A DNA stretch of 64,000 bases from the human T2T-CHM13v2.0 reference genome, Homo sapiens. The position numbers and the translations under genes were made by a program. The notes below the pieces were generated by a model. It saw only the letters and a program-made list of their open reading frames with translations. It had not been told where the DNA came from and made no database searches. Shown here piece by piece: positions 52,335 through 64,000 of the stretch; the stretch's first letter is position 1, and each line of letters starts with the position of its first letter. The stretch lies in assembly GCF_009914755.1 (NCBI RefSeq), contig NC_060940.1; one strand, written 5' to 3'.

Positions 52335-54615
52335 TCCTGTCCCCTCTCGGCTGAGAGAGTTTTGGAGCCTGGCCCCGGTGTTCTGGGCTGGCTGTGTGTC
52401 TCAGGACTTCCAAGGAGGTTGTTTGCGTTGCTGTGTGCAGGGAAGGTGTTGGCTGGGTGGCCTCATGCAGGTGGGATGAGCTCTCCAGGGGGAGAGGAGG
52501 GCTGGGGCCAGCGGCATCACGTGACCCAAGCGCTGTCCCCCGGTGTCCTGAGGAGCTGTCCTTTTGGGCTTTGTGACCTGACAGGAGTATGCTCTGGTAG
52601 CCCGAGAGGGACTTGGGTGCTGTCCTGGTCTCGGGGGCTGGATGGTGCTCTCAGCCTGGGAAGAACAGAGCATGCCCCATCCCTGGTGTCCCCAGGGCTC
52701 TCTGGGCTGGGAGAGAATGGGTGGTCGGCCTCCTGCCCTTCGATGGCATCCCTTGCTTGGAGCACTGGGTCTGCCTGCGGCACGGCAGGACCCCCCACCC
52801 TCCTCGCCGCCAGCACCTCTGGCACGCTTTGGCTCTCCCAGCTCCAAACGCAGTGATGGGGGGTGTCCCCACTCCAGGAGACATGGGAAGCAGAGCTTAG
52901 ACCCCAAGCTTGGTTCATTCTTGGCCCCGTGGAAACGCCCGTCGGTCAGGTGGAGTGGGCTTGTGGAGGCCCCGGCTGCATGGGGGTGGGTGTGACCACC
53001 AGCAGATGCCTGGCCTGTAGCGAGGGTGTGTGTCCTGGCGTCAGAGAGAACCTAAAATAAGCTGGCAGGCCTGGACAGGTGGGGGGATTGGCTGAGCCGG
53101 GGAAGCCCATGTGGGCCATGGCTGAGGCTTTCCAGAGCGCTTCAGATTCCTGGGAGTTGGGAGGGGGAGGCTTTGCAGGAGGCGGCAGGGGCGGTGGGCG
53201 ACTGGTGTGGCTGGGGTGTGTCCCGTAGCAAGAGGGTGCTTCCTGGGCCTCAGCCTCCCCTCCCTCCGCAGGGCCCCGCATCCCTCCTGAAGAGGGTGAA
53301 CTCTGAGAGGGAGGGATAATCGGATTTGCTCAGGGAACCCACACTCAGTAAAGTGACTCCATGCTCCCGGGGGTTGGCAGAGCCCCAGCTGCTGTCCGCC
53401 GGGCCCAGCCTGAGCCGGGGTTCAGTCAGCACAGGAACCTGGGGGAGGGCCCGCGTTTATCCCTGAACCTCTCCTGAACCCCGGGGTAGACGCTCAGCAC
53501 CAGGGAGCACATGCGTGCTGGCTCCATCTCCAGGGTGACTCCATCCCAGGCAAAGGAGCCTCCAAGGACGCCCTTATCCTTATTGATTGGTTTCTTAAAA
53601 ATATAATTGTCTTAGAACTTTTGGGGCGAGCGCTGCTTCTCCTCCACAGGTTTATTTATAGAGAAAGGTGGGTGGGATCTGTGTGTTGTCGCCCGGCTGG
53701 GTTATGTGCTGCCCGGACTCCCGGGGTTCCTGACTCCGCGTTCGCCTGCGACACAGCTGCCGCCGTCCCGGCACACGGACGGGGCGGGGCCCCCGGGAAT
53801 GCTTGGAGGCCAGGAAGGGGGACCCTGCTTCGGTCCCTGCGAGAGCGAGGGAGGCGGGCTGTGGGTGTGTAGGGACCAGAAGGTGACCAAGGGGTGCTTG
53901 GGGGCTGGGGGTTGGCAGGACCCCCTGGGAGGCGTCTCCCGGGGCCCAGGCTCCAAACACCCCGTGTCACGGAGCTCTGAGATGGGGAAGGATATATCAA
54001 GGTCATCGGGATGCTGAAGGACAGAGCTGGGTGAGCCCATCCTGGCTCTGAGGGCCACGTGTTTGGCAGAGCGCTGCCTGGGTGGGGACGAGCTGCGGGA
54101 GCCTGAGACAGCCCTTCATGGCATCTCTGAACACTCGGCGCTGGGGCTGTCACGCTGCTCCGCGGGCGTCCCCCGGGAGTGTGAGAGGGCACCCGTCTGG
54201 AAAGGGCCAGTCCCGCCTGCGCCCGCCTCCCCGGGCTCCACGTGCCCCGCAGGCCTCTCGTGGGCAGGACGGGGCTGGTCGTCCCCTACTGACCTTGCAT
54301 CGTGGGGACCCTCTTGAACACTTTGTCTTAGCAGCGTCCGGACATCCGAACTGGTCTCAGAGGGGCTGCCTCAGTGGTCGGAAGTCACAGGCCCAGGAGG
54401 GCCCAAAGCTGTCCCTTGACCCCTGGGCCTGAACTCCAAGCTGGGGGTCACTCAGCAGGGTGGGGCTTGGCAGAGTCTCCGTTACAGACTGGACGTCCCG
54501 TCCCTTCTGCCTGGGTGGACCAGGGTGTGAACTCGGCCGTTGCGCCCGACCCACGGCCCGGCTTCTCTCGGCCGTGCTAGGGCGCGTGTCTCCCGGAGAC
54601 CCTGGGCTGCCCGTG

Positions 54616-54670
54616 CCTTGCCCGTGGCGCCCTTGCCCGTGGCACCCTTGCCCGTGGCGCCCTTGCCCGC
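54616..54670. repeat. 15-bp VNTR (CCTTGCCCGTGGC(G/A)C) about x3.6
   Basis: Directly visible. Confidence 0.9.
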
Positions 54671-54960
54671 ATTCTGACGGGAAGGAGAGTTGCAGGGATG
54701 GATCCATTAGTCTCTGAAGCCACCGACTGGCATTGCAGTGTTCCTGGGACAGGTGTGGGTTCCCACTGAGCCCTACGGCCTACCCACGAGAGGGCTGGAT
54801 GTGTCCCTGCCTCCTGGGCTAGTACAGGGTGGGAGAGGCTGCCTCCCCACCCCCACAGCTGATCCTGCAAGGAAGCAGAGACACAGATGGGGCTGAGACT
54901 GGGAGCGTTGCAGGGCTCAGGGGGAGGGGCCTTCCCACTCACCAAGAGCTGGGGGAGCCG

Positions 54961-55121
54961 TGGGGGCAGCTCATCCTTCCTGGGGCGATGGGAAGAGAGG
55001 CCCCCGGGGGTGACGACAGGGTAGGGGGTCCGCCGAGCGCCTGGGGGCAGCTCATCCTTCCCGGGGTGATGGGAAGAGAGGCCCCCGGGGATGATGGCAG
55101 GGTAGGGGTCTGCCGAGCGCC
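54961..55121. repeat. ~81-bp tandem duplication x2
   Basis: tgggggcagctcatccttcc...gatgggaagagaggcccccgggg...cagggtagggg...gccgagcgcc repeated. Confidence 0.92.
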
Positions 55122-55439
55122 TGTCGTAGTCATTCCCTCCCCTTCATGGAAGCATCAGGGCCGCACGCCCCGTGGGACGTCATCTTGTTCCCGCCAGGAA
55201 GTGGGCGTGACGCCAGCAGGCTGAGCTCACCCTCCGGGTCGGGGCTACCCCGATGGACTCGGGACTCAGGCCCCGCTGGGGAGGAGGGAGGAGATGGAGC
55301 CCAGAGCAGGCCGGGCCCTGGCAGGGACCGTGCGCCTCCCAGACCCGCTTCTGCGGCCGGGGCTGCCGGGCATGTGACCTTGGTGCTCTTGGGAACGAGT
55401 TTGCCGAGAGAGCTCTAGTTCCACAACCGCTCCTGCCCC

Positions 55440-55583
55440 GCCGCACCCCCGGCCCCGCAGGGCGCCACTCAGCCCGCACCCCCGGCCCCACAGGGCCCCG
55501 CTCAGCCCGCACCCCCGGCCCCGCAGGGCCCCCGCTCAGCCCGCACCCCTGGCCCCGCAGAGCCCCCCCGCTCAGCCCGCACC
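55440..55583. repeat. 33-35 bp GC-rich VNTR about x4 (CCGCACCCCCGGCCCCGCAGGGCCCCCGCTCAGC)
   Basis: Directly visible. Confidence 0.92.
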
Positions 55584-58500
55584 GCTGGGACCGGGCAGGG
55601 GTCTCGGGTTTCACCGTCCGTCTGTCGCCCGGATCCTTCATCGCTGGGATCGTCCTTGGCACTGACTGACCTCAGGGCCCCTGTTCGCCTGCCTGAGGCA
55701 CTTCAGGGTGGAGGGAGTCCCTGAGCACAGCCTTCAGGCCCTGATGGGGGGACTTGGGGAGCCGTGCAGAGTGGGGAGAGCCTCTGAACGCCTTGGCAGA
55801 CGTCTTCATGGCCAGTTCCCCGCAGAGTGCCCGGGTGTCCGTATCCCGGGGTAGAACGAGGCTGGCCTGAGCCCTGTGACCGAGGCATGGTCGGGGCCCC
55901 TCGGACGGTGGGGTGGGCCCGACAGGGGCAGAGTCCATGAGCCCGGTGGGCACAGGAGCCTGTGCGGGAGGAGGCGTTCGGACTGAGACCTGGATGGGGT
56001 GTGCCGAGGGAAGAACGTCCAGGCAGGGGGACAGTGCAGGCCTTGAGGTGGGGGGATGTCTGTATAGCAGATGAGAGGGAGGGTGAGGGGCAGGGTGGGC
56101 CGTGGGGAGGAGGTCTGGGCGCGTGGCGGTGGCACACCGGTGTGATGACCCAGTTCCCGAGCCTGCCCTCGGGAGCTTGAGGGCTGTGAGGAGGCAGAGT
56201 GCGGGTGGGGACAGCAGGTGGTGGGCTGGCCTGGGGGCCCAGGGCTCAGCTTGCCTCCAACTGGCGTCACAACTGCTCCTTAGGGAGGGGAGGCCTGGGG
56301 GCCGGGCTTAGCAGGAAGTCGATGAGAGAGACGGGGCTGGAAGGGCAGGTGAGGGCCGCACAGGGACAGAGGCTGGGAGTGGGGAGCACTGGTGTCCCAC
56401 ACACTCAGGCCCAGAGGGCGTGGCTGCTGCCAGCCCCTGAAGGAAGCTCTTGGACTCGTGGGCAACACGCTCCAAGCACCCGAACTTCATTCTTGCCGGG
56501 GCCAGCTGCGGGCACCCTCCCTGGCCTGGTGGAACGCTCAGGGGTGGTTCTGCATACTCCCCTCACCTCCCCCAAGGGCTGAGAGCCGAGGGCGATGCGG
56601 CCCCACCAGGCCGGGCTCCTGGAGCTGCAGAAGAGACGTCCCGTTCCGGGGTCAGGACAGGAGGAATGCGGGGGAGGGGCCAGCCTGTCAAACACTCCGG
56701 GGATGGATCCACAGCAGCTCTGCTGGCTGAGTCCAAGCCACGGTCGCACAGTCAAGGTCAGGCGAGGAACGCGTTACCTTTGTTTATGCAGATGTCGGCC
56801 AGGCCGTCCGTCCAGCCGCCTGTGCCGAGCCCGCTGTGGGAAGGGCGGGGACTGTCCCTGCCTGTCCTCGTCAGTGGGCATTCCCCTCCCTGGCACGGAA
56901 GAGGAGTCTCTCCTCAGTGGCTCATGTTGGCGTAACTTGGAACAACTCTAAGTCACGCGGGCCCAGGTTGAATTTCCAGGGTGGAGATTAAGGAGCGACC
57001 ACTCACCCTGGGCAGATACAAGGGGTGAAGTCAGCCGGTCGCGCCCTGAGCAGTGATGGACGGCCGCCTCGGTCAGAGATGGTGGGGGCGGGGCTCGGGG
57101 AAGGAGCTCTGCTGGCTCTCAGCCCCTGCCCGGCTCAGGAGAGCTGGCAGCAGGTCTGGGCACCGTCCCCAGAGCACTGTGCCCGCCGAGGATGACAGAT
57201 GGGGACGGAGTAGCAGCTTGCCGTGGTGCAGGGGGTGTGCCGCCACGTGGCCGCTGGTGTCCCTGGCCTCCGTGCACACTCCTCGCGGGGCGGAGGTGGG
57301 CCCGGGCTGACGGGAGAAGCGGGCCGTTGGCGGGGCCGTGAGAGCCCCCGGGTTTGATGAGCCGGACGGTTGATGAATGTGCTCCACGAGGCCTCCTTTG
57401 TCCTCTTGCTGCCGCCCGGTCGCTTGCCGGGAGCGGGAGCTGTGGGCAGAGAGATCCTTGGGTGGGTGTGGCCGCCGCCTGCGTTTGGAGGCCCCGTGCA
57501 GCGTCAACCCGGGACGCCAGAGCACCCCATCCTCGGGTGCGCGGCCGGCGAGGACCGAGGCATCAGCCCAGTGCGGCCCCCCCCCAGCCTCGGTGCAGCC
57601 CTGGGCTCTTTGCCCAAGTTGAGAGCAGGGCTGGCAGGGAGAGGATCCGGAGGCCCCCACGCTGCCTCGGGGTGAAGAGGCTCCTCTGACCCCCAAGGTG
57701 TGTAGACCTGACACAGTTGCACCCCCAGCCCTGCTTTGATGTCTGCAGAACTGGCTCCTGCAGAAAAGGCCTTGAGCGAGACCTCAGCGTCTGCTGGCCC
57801 TGCTGGACTCGTCTGACCCTGGGCTGCTGGTGGTGTGGGTGCTTCTGCCGTTGGCGACTGATGGGAGCGAAGCTGTTCCTTTGTGGATGGACCGTTAGGT
57901 GACACGGGATGTTGGCATTAATGAACGCTGTCAACTGAGCCGGTGGCAGAGGTGGGGGCAAGCCCTCGCCTCTGTTGACCGCCAGGCCGCCCTGTGTTCT
58001 CACCCCTTCTCCCCTCCCCAGCTGTCTGCACCTGGGCAGAGCCCCCTGGCCGGAGGTGGTTGTCTCTGGGCCCCTCACTGGCCTGAGGACTGAGGTGGGG
58101 ATACCTTGAGGCCTTTTTTTGGGCAAGGTGGTCTTTAGTAGCCCCAGATGTTAAAGACTCAGCCTCAACTGGGTGGAGCCTCCTGGGATTCTGGGGTCTC
58201 CCTGGCCACAGGAGGGGGGCTAGCGACCCCTGCCAGCCTGGGCAGTGCCTCCACGTGGGCCTCAGTTTCCCTGTCACACCACTTTGGTCTGTCATCTCGG
58301 TCACTGATGGAGTGAGGCTCCCAGCAGGCGGGTGAGAGAAGGGGCCAGATGCGGTCCCGGGAGATAGGCTGTCAGCCCCGTCCAGTCGGTGGGTGGCCAG
58401 TGCGGCGGCTGATGGGGGACAGACCGCTGGCCAGGCCCCACGCCAGCCCTGTCCCCATCTGTGAGCAGCACCCGGACCTCCTGGGTCCCCTTGCCGCAGC

Positions 58501-58684
58501 CTGCCTGTGGGGTGGGTCCGTGGGGTGGGCCTGGTCGGACGCGTTAATGGAGCTGCAGGCAAGGCTCGGGGCAGATCTTTCTAGAAGGCAGCAGAGCCAT
58601 CACGGTGGGTCAGGCTGTGTCCCGTGAAGTCTGAAGTGGACTGGCAGAGGTGGGCACTGAGGTCCCTGCTCCGGACCCTGTCGG

Positions 58685-58735
58685 GGTCGTGTCACCTCCT
58701 GGGCGTTGGTTTTCTCATCTGTGAAATGGGCCTGC
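58685..58735 (-). mobile_element. MIR fragment
   Basis: gtcacctcctgggcgttggttttctcatctgtgaaatggg. Confidence 0.55.
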
Positions 58736-60982
58736 TGCCCTCCTGGCCTCTGGGTGTGTGGCGGGGACTCCTCGTCCCCACTCAGTCCCATGGGTGATGC
58801 AGGACATGGGATCCTGTCAGCCCCATGACCCCTCGCCCTGGGCCTCTGGCCTCCAGAGCCCCAAGAGGCCATTGCTGTCTGAGGCCCCTACCTGTGGCAC
58901 TCTGTTACAGCTGCCTCCTGCCAGGGTGCCCCCACCTGCCCTCACAGCTGCGAGCAGGGGTGCAGGTGCCTGGGGGAGGCCCCCAGCACCTGCTTGGCCC
59001 TTTCCCCACCTCACCTGTGGGCCCCCCCGGAGGGAGAAAAATGGCCCATGAGCAGGAGGTGCTTGACGCAGTAACAGGAGTCAGCCCCTTTCAGGATGAA
59101 TCGCGATTGGTCGCCCACTGTTGTCAGGCTCCTCCGATGAGGAGCAGCCCCCAGAGAGAGAGGACGCTTAGCCGTGAAGTGGGTCATTCGGAGCCTCGGT
59201 TGGCACGGGGGCTGGTGCTGCAGTTGTGTCTCTGTGCCCTGGTTAGAAGCTGCCCCGCACGGCCAGCTCCTGCGGACACCTGGAGTGGGGGGGGGGGGGG
59301 TCCATCCTAGGAGGAGCCGAGCGTCTTGGGACCCTGTGAAGGGGTCTGGGGGCCGCACTTGGCTCTGGTGAGCAGGGAACAAGATGGATGAGACCCGGGC
59401 CCCACTGACGCTGGGAGGACAGTGTCCAAGCTGGGGGACCATCCGCCAGGGCTGTGGCGTGAAGGCCGAGGGAGTATGAGCAGGGGGTGGGATAGTCCCA
59501 GGTGGCTGGAAACAGCTGTGGTCAGGTGGGCGAGCAGAGGTCAGTGGCCCCAGGTCCCTGGAACGCCTCTTCTCACGGCCACTCCACGGGTGCCTGGCCC
59601 TGCGGCCACGCGGAGCTATCCTTGGCTCCAGCCTCAAAGGCTGTGGGGGCACAGTGGCCGGTGCTCTGCCTGCCTGGACCTTGGGCTCGTCTGACTCTGT
59701 GTTTGCTGTGTGTCCCTCACTCGTCACCCAGCCTCTCTGTTCTGGGCAGGTGAGGCAGCCTGCAGAAAGGTGTAGGTGTGGGCCAGTCTGCCCTGGGGAG
59801 CCGATCCTGGGTCCGGAGAGGCGACAGCCACCTCCCCCAGCTCGGCCATGGACCTTGAGGCTTGAGACTGTGCCCTGGTGCCCGTCTGCAGGGCAGTGGG
59901 GGTGGCCTCGGCCCAGCAGGGCCAGGTGGGTGTCGGGCGTTGAGTGGGGCCCAGTTGGAGCAGGGCCTGGGAGGCCGGCGCCGGGGTACGGTGTGGAGCT
60001 ACGAGTCTCCCCATGGCACCTCGTGCTCCCGGGAGGGGGTGCTGGTCTGGCCTGGGAGTGTCCAGTGAGCTGCCGGCCTGTGCCCAGCCCCCTCTGAAGC
60101 CGCAGCCACACACAGCCCGGCCTGCCTCAGAGGGGAAACCCGTGTCCAGATGGCCAGAGAGCAGCCACGACCTGCCGGGAAGGTGTGGAGGGGCGAGGGT
60201 CTCTCTCAGGGCCACACACACGGTCCCTGCCCTGGTCTTTGCGGGCAGCCGCCAGCCCTGGCTGTGGTCTGATGAGTCAGCCTGCATTAGCGCCTCATTG
60301 AAATGGATGGGAACTTGTCCCGGGCTGCTGGGGGAAGCTGGCCGCTGTGTCTGAGGATGGCTTAGGGTACTGCCTTGGCTGGTAGCTGGGACCACGCTTG
60401 CCCAAGCCCACTGGGCCACGGGCTCTTGTGCCAGTGCTGACCTCACACTTGGGTGCCAGGGTGAGAGGCCCCGGGATGCCACCTCCTCTCCCTGGGAAGC
60501 CTGGTCGTTGTGATGAGAAGCTGGGCTATGTGGCGGCCACCTCGAAGGCCAGGTCTGGGGACCCTCCCGCTTGTGACTCAGCGGCTCAGCTTCTTGGTTA
60601 GTGAAGAGGGGAGAGGCCGTGTCTGGCTCAGCCGCCCCTGCCCCAGCCGAGGAGCAGCCGATGGGTGCGGCCTGTTGGTGCTGCTGGGGTGTGAGACTGC
60701 CTGGCCGCCGGCCGGGTATGGAGGCCGGCACAGGTGTGGGGGCACTTTTGCCTCTCCCAGAAGCCACAGAAGCAAGGGCCCTGGGCCTGAGTCCCTGACA
60801 CAGAAAACCCAGGATGCCCGTTCAGTTATGTTTGGATTTCAGTTAAGTAAGAATGTCTTAGGGTGAGGGGTGTCCATGCATGTTTGAGACGGGCGGCAGT
60901 GTCGTCAGTTGCAGGGGTGCAGTCCAAGGCCCCAGGAATACCCGAAGCCTCAGATCTGATGAACCCTGTCCTGTACGTACTG

Positions 60983-61144
60983 TTTTTTCTTTTCTTTTTT
61001 GAGACAAGGTCTCACCCTGTCGCCCAGGCTGAGTGCAGTGGTGCAGTCACCCCTCACTGCCACCTCGATCTCCTGGTTCAGGTGACCCTCCTGCCTCAGC
61101 CTCCCCAGGTGCCAGGATTACAGGTGTGAGCCACCACGCCGGGC
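60983..61144 (-). mobile_element. Monomeric Alu (FRAM/AluJ right arm)
   Basis: polyT-gagacaaggtctcaccctgtcgcccaggctgagtgcagtgg...gtgagccaccacgccgggc. Confidence 0.88.
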
Positions 61145-63109
61145 CTCATACTCTGTTCTCTCAGCCTGATAACTGAGATGGCTGCTAAGTGGCCATCAGG
61201 TGGGCAGTGGCCTGCAGCGTGGGCACAGGGGCGATTTGGACCCCGGGCGGTGCCGAGCGTGGCTACACCAGGCTCACTGCTGCACAGAATGGGGCACAGT
61301 TAAAACCTGGGAGTGAGGCCTTTCCGTCGGAGACCCTTCGGATCTCCCTTCTGTGAGATCTTGGCCCTCAAGCCCCGCAGAGGGGCCTCCTGGGGTTCTG
61401 TCGGTGGAGCTGGGGTCTGGTGGTGCTGCCCTCACTGGCCGGGCTCCGGATATGCTGCTTGGGGTGGAGGGCGGCTGTCCACAGCCCTGGGGTCTGGAGG
61501 AGGTGTGGGTGAGCCCGTGGCCCCGTTTGGGTTTTTGGGGGTGGGTCGAGTCGCCCCTTTTGCTGGTCCCTGGCTTGGCAGATGTGTGTTTTCTCCTTGG
61601 GTGCAGCAGGTGGGGCCCCTCGGTCCAGCATGGGCTGACCTCAGGGTGATTTGTCTCCGTGGGGTTCTGGGGCGTGAAGGACACCTGTGCAGGGGTGGGA
61701 ACAGTGGCGCTCACCTGACCGGGGCAAGGAGGGGGCTGATGGGGCAGGAGGAGCGGAGAAGGTGCTGGCATGTCTGGGCCCGGGAGTGGGTGGGGGTGCG
61801 GCAGGCACCAGCTGACCACCGTGGCGCGATTGCTGGGGAGACGGGGGGAAGAGCAGAGAGCACACGAGGCACAGGCCCCATTGGAGGAACATTCTAGAAG
61901 CCAGATGTAGCGTCACAGGAATGGCTTCAGCGGGCCTGGGGGCAAAGGCTCAGAATCGGCAGACCCAGACCCCAGTTGGTGTGTTTGAAAGCTGAGCCTG
62001 CTGGTCCTCCCGGGCCACGCTCTTTCGTGACAGCACAGAGTTTTTATTTTCTAACCTTCCGTGGAAATCTGGGTCACTCAAATAAGGAGGATGAGGCCTA
62101 TGGTCTCAGGGAGCCGCGTGGGCCGAGCCCCCGTCCTGCGCACTCACAGCCGGGGAGCTCCAGGTGGAGAGAGAGGCGCCTGGGCCCCCCTCCCCACCTG
62201 GCCTCCGGTGCATCTGGGCATGGGAATTCAGGCAGCACAAGCCGGCCCGGAGCTGAGGCACCCTCCCTTTTCCCCGCCAGGCACAGCTGCGTCCCCCCGA
62301 GGCCATTGCCAGGTGGCTGCACGCTGGGGTCACCCCTCCTGAGGATGTAGAGGGGCTGCCTCCCTGCCCCCACCCCGGCTCACAGTGCGGGTGGCTCCCG
62401 GCTCTCCTGAGTTGTGCTGGCCACCTCACGTTCCCCACCAGATGAACCCATCAGCCCATGGTTTCCTTTCTCCCCAGGAGGTTTGGGGCTGGGAGCTGGT
62501 TCCTCTGCTCCCCTTGGGAGAGGGGTGGGTCCTCTGGCCCCTGCTTGGGTGGTGTGTGGGGCCCGGCCCGGCCGTGTGGGGCAAGAGTGGTGGGCACACC
62601 GGCCCGTGCATCTTTTAATTGTGGTGGCTCTTTCTGGGCTGAGGTCCCTTCTCGGTCCTCCTCGTCCTGTTGGCACCGTAGGGGGACACATTCCCATTTG
62701 TGACTTGGAATTGGGTGACTCTGAGAGCTGACGCCGAGATTTCTTGTTTGTGTTTTCTCACTCAGACTCAGAGGATGGTGAGGCCTGGGGAAGGGGCAGG
62801 CAGGCCTGAGAGGACAGTGGGTGTTGGGGTGAGGGTGCCTCTTGCCCCTGGGGGCAGGCAGAGTGTCCACGAGCAAATCCTTTGCGTCCGGAGTGGGGTC
62901 TTCACTGGCTGCTCCATTTGTCTGCGTGGGGAGCGGGAGACAGGAGCTCCCTGTGGCTCAGACCCTGCTCAGCTCCGTGGCTCCAGGCCAAGTAACGGTG
63001 CCCTGAATCCCGGCCCCTGCCTTCCTCTCAGCCCTGCAGAGGAGGCCGCGCAGCGTACAAGGCCCTCTGGCCAGCCCGGCACCAACTCATTCCTGTTGTT
63101 GGTCTTTTC

Positions 63110-63670
63110 CCAGTTTTATTGAGAGGTAATTTATCCACCACCTAACTCGCCAATGAAGGGTCCAATTCGGTCGTTCTCCCTGTATCCTCGCGGTGGTGCA
63201 GCCCCAGCAGCGATGGGTTCCAGAATGCTTTCCTCGCCCCGAGAGGAAACCCTGCAGTCAGCTGTCTCGGCGTCTCCCGCTGGCCTTTTCCGTCTCCGAG
63301 GTTGGCCTGTTCTGGACGTTCCCTGTATATGGGATCCCACGTGGTGTGGACTCCTGCACCGGCTTCTCTCGAGCTTTGTGCGGGCCGGTCGTCCATCCTC
63401 CCCGCAGAGCCCTGACCCTTCCACGGTTAGATGCGCCCTCATGTAGACGGGCTGCGGTGTTTATCTCTTCACCGCTGGTGGATGTCTGGGCCGTTTCACC
63501 CTTTGCTGCTGTTCATGGCGCTGCCGGGCCGTCCCTGCTCCAGGTTCGGGGGAAACCCTGGCTTCGTGTCTCTTGGACGTAAATCTGGGAGCAAAATTGC
63601 TGGGTCAGGCGGAAACAGTGTTGAGTCCTCGGAGGAATGGCCAGGCTGTTTTCCAAAGCGGTGCCCACCT
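63110..63670 (-). mobile_element. Old L1M (L1MB-like) 3' fragment
   Basis: cagttttattgagaggtaattt...ttccagaatgctttcctcgcccc...tggcctgttctggacgttcc...aattgctgggtca...ccaggctgttttccaaagcggtg. Confidence 0.72.
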
Positions 63671-64000
63671 GTTGACCCACCTCTCGCCCCCAGCTTTTGG
63701 GTCCCTGAGTGGTGGTTCAGCAGCAGTGAGTGCTGACAACCACACCCAGCCGGAGTCCAGGGCTGTGGGAGTGGACACGGCCCTTCCTTTCCTCGCCGAC
63801 CCTTTGGGGCGTCTCCCATCGGGAAATGGCAGCCCCTGACCTGCCCCGTGGGGATGAAACGGGCTCTTTGCGGGGGGCCTGTGGGGTATGGGCCTCCTGT
63901 CAGCAGCCCGTCCCGGTGGGTGGGGCTTGCCGGCCGCCCGCGAATGTCAGGAACCTTGGATTCCTGACACACGGGTGCGGGGGCGATATCGGCGCGGAGC

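Larger units (their letters stand above)
50684..64000 (+). other. CACNA1H: CACNA1H intron 2, U12-type (AT-AC); continues beyond the window
   Basis: 5' splice site |ATATCCTTCC fits the U12 consensus RTATCCTT. No domain I S1 exon (WFEHVSMLVI...) was seen in the window. Confidence 0.9.

Overview
Primate (almost certainly human) GC-rich, Alu-containing genomic DNA, recognisable as the 16p13.3 region at the 5' end of CACNA1H (T-type Ca2+ channel Cav3.2). The only genuine coding sequence is the first coding exon of CACNA1H (+, 50385-50683). It lies in a CpG island, follows a non-coding exon 1, and ends at a minor-spliceosome (U12-type, AT-AC) donor. The left end holds a disabled, intron-containing tektin-4 relic on the minus strand (exon 1 at 1810-1296, exon 2 at 98-~29), head-to-head with CACNA1H. 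It appears to be the decayed ancestral TEKT4 locus. The remainder is intergenic or intronic DNA with about 20 Alus, old L1/MaLR/MIR/MER20 fragments and many VNTRs. Nearly all ORFs in the supplied track are artefacts of high GC content. The best leads are: (1) the TEKT4 relic with RFX/FOX-type elements upstream; (2) a splice-dependent CACNA1H uORF ending Pro-Pro-Pro-stop, whose stop overlaps the main AUG; (3) a VNTR of repeated metal-response-element cores ~9 kb upstream of this zinc-regulated gene; (4) a minisatellite made of PRDM9 13-mer matches; (5) a cluster of SF-1/ERR sites in intron 2. Homology and repeat-family calls come from recalled sequences, not database searches. Motif-based regulatory claims are hypotheses.
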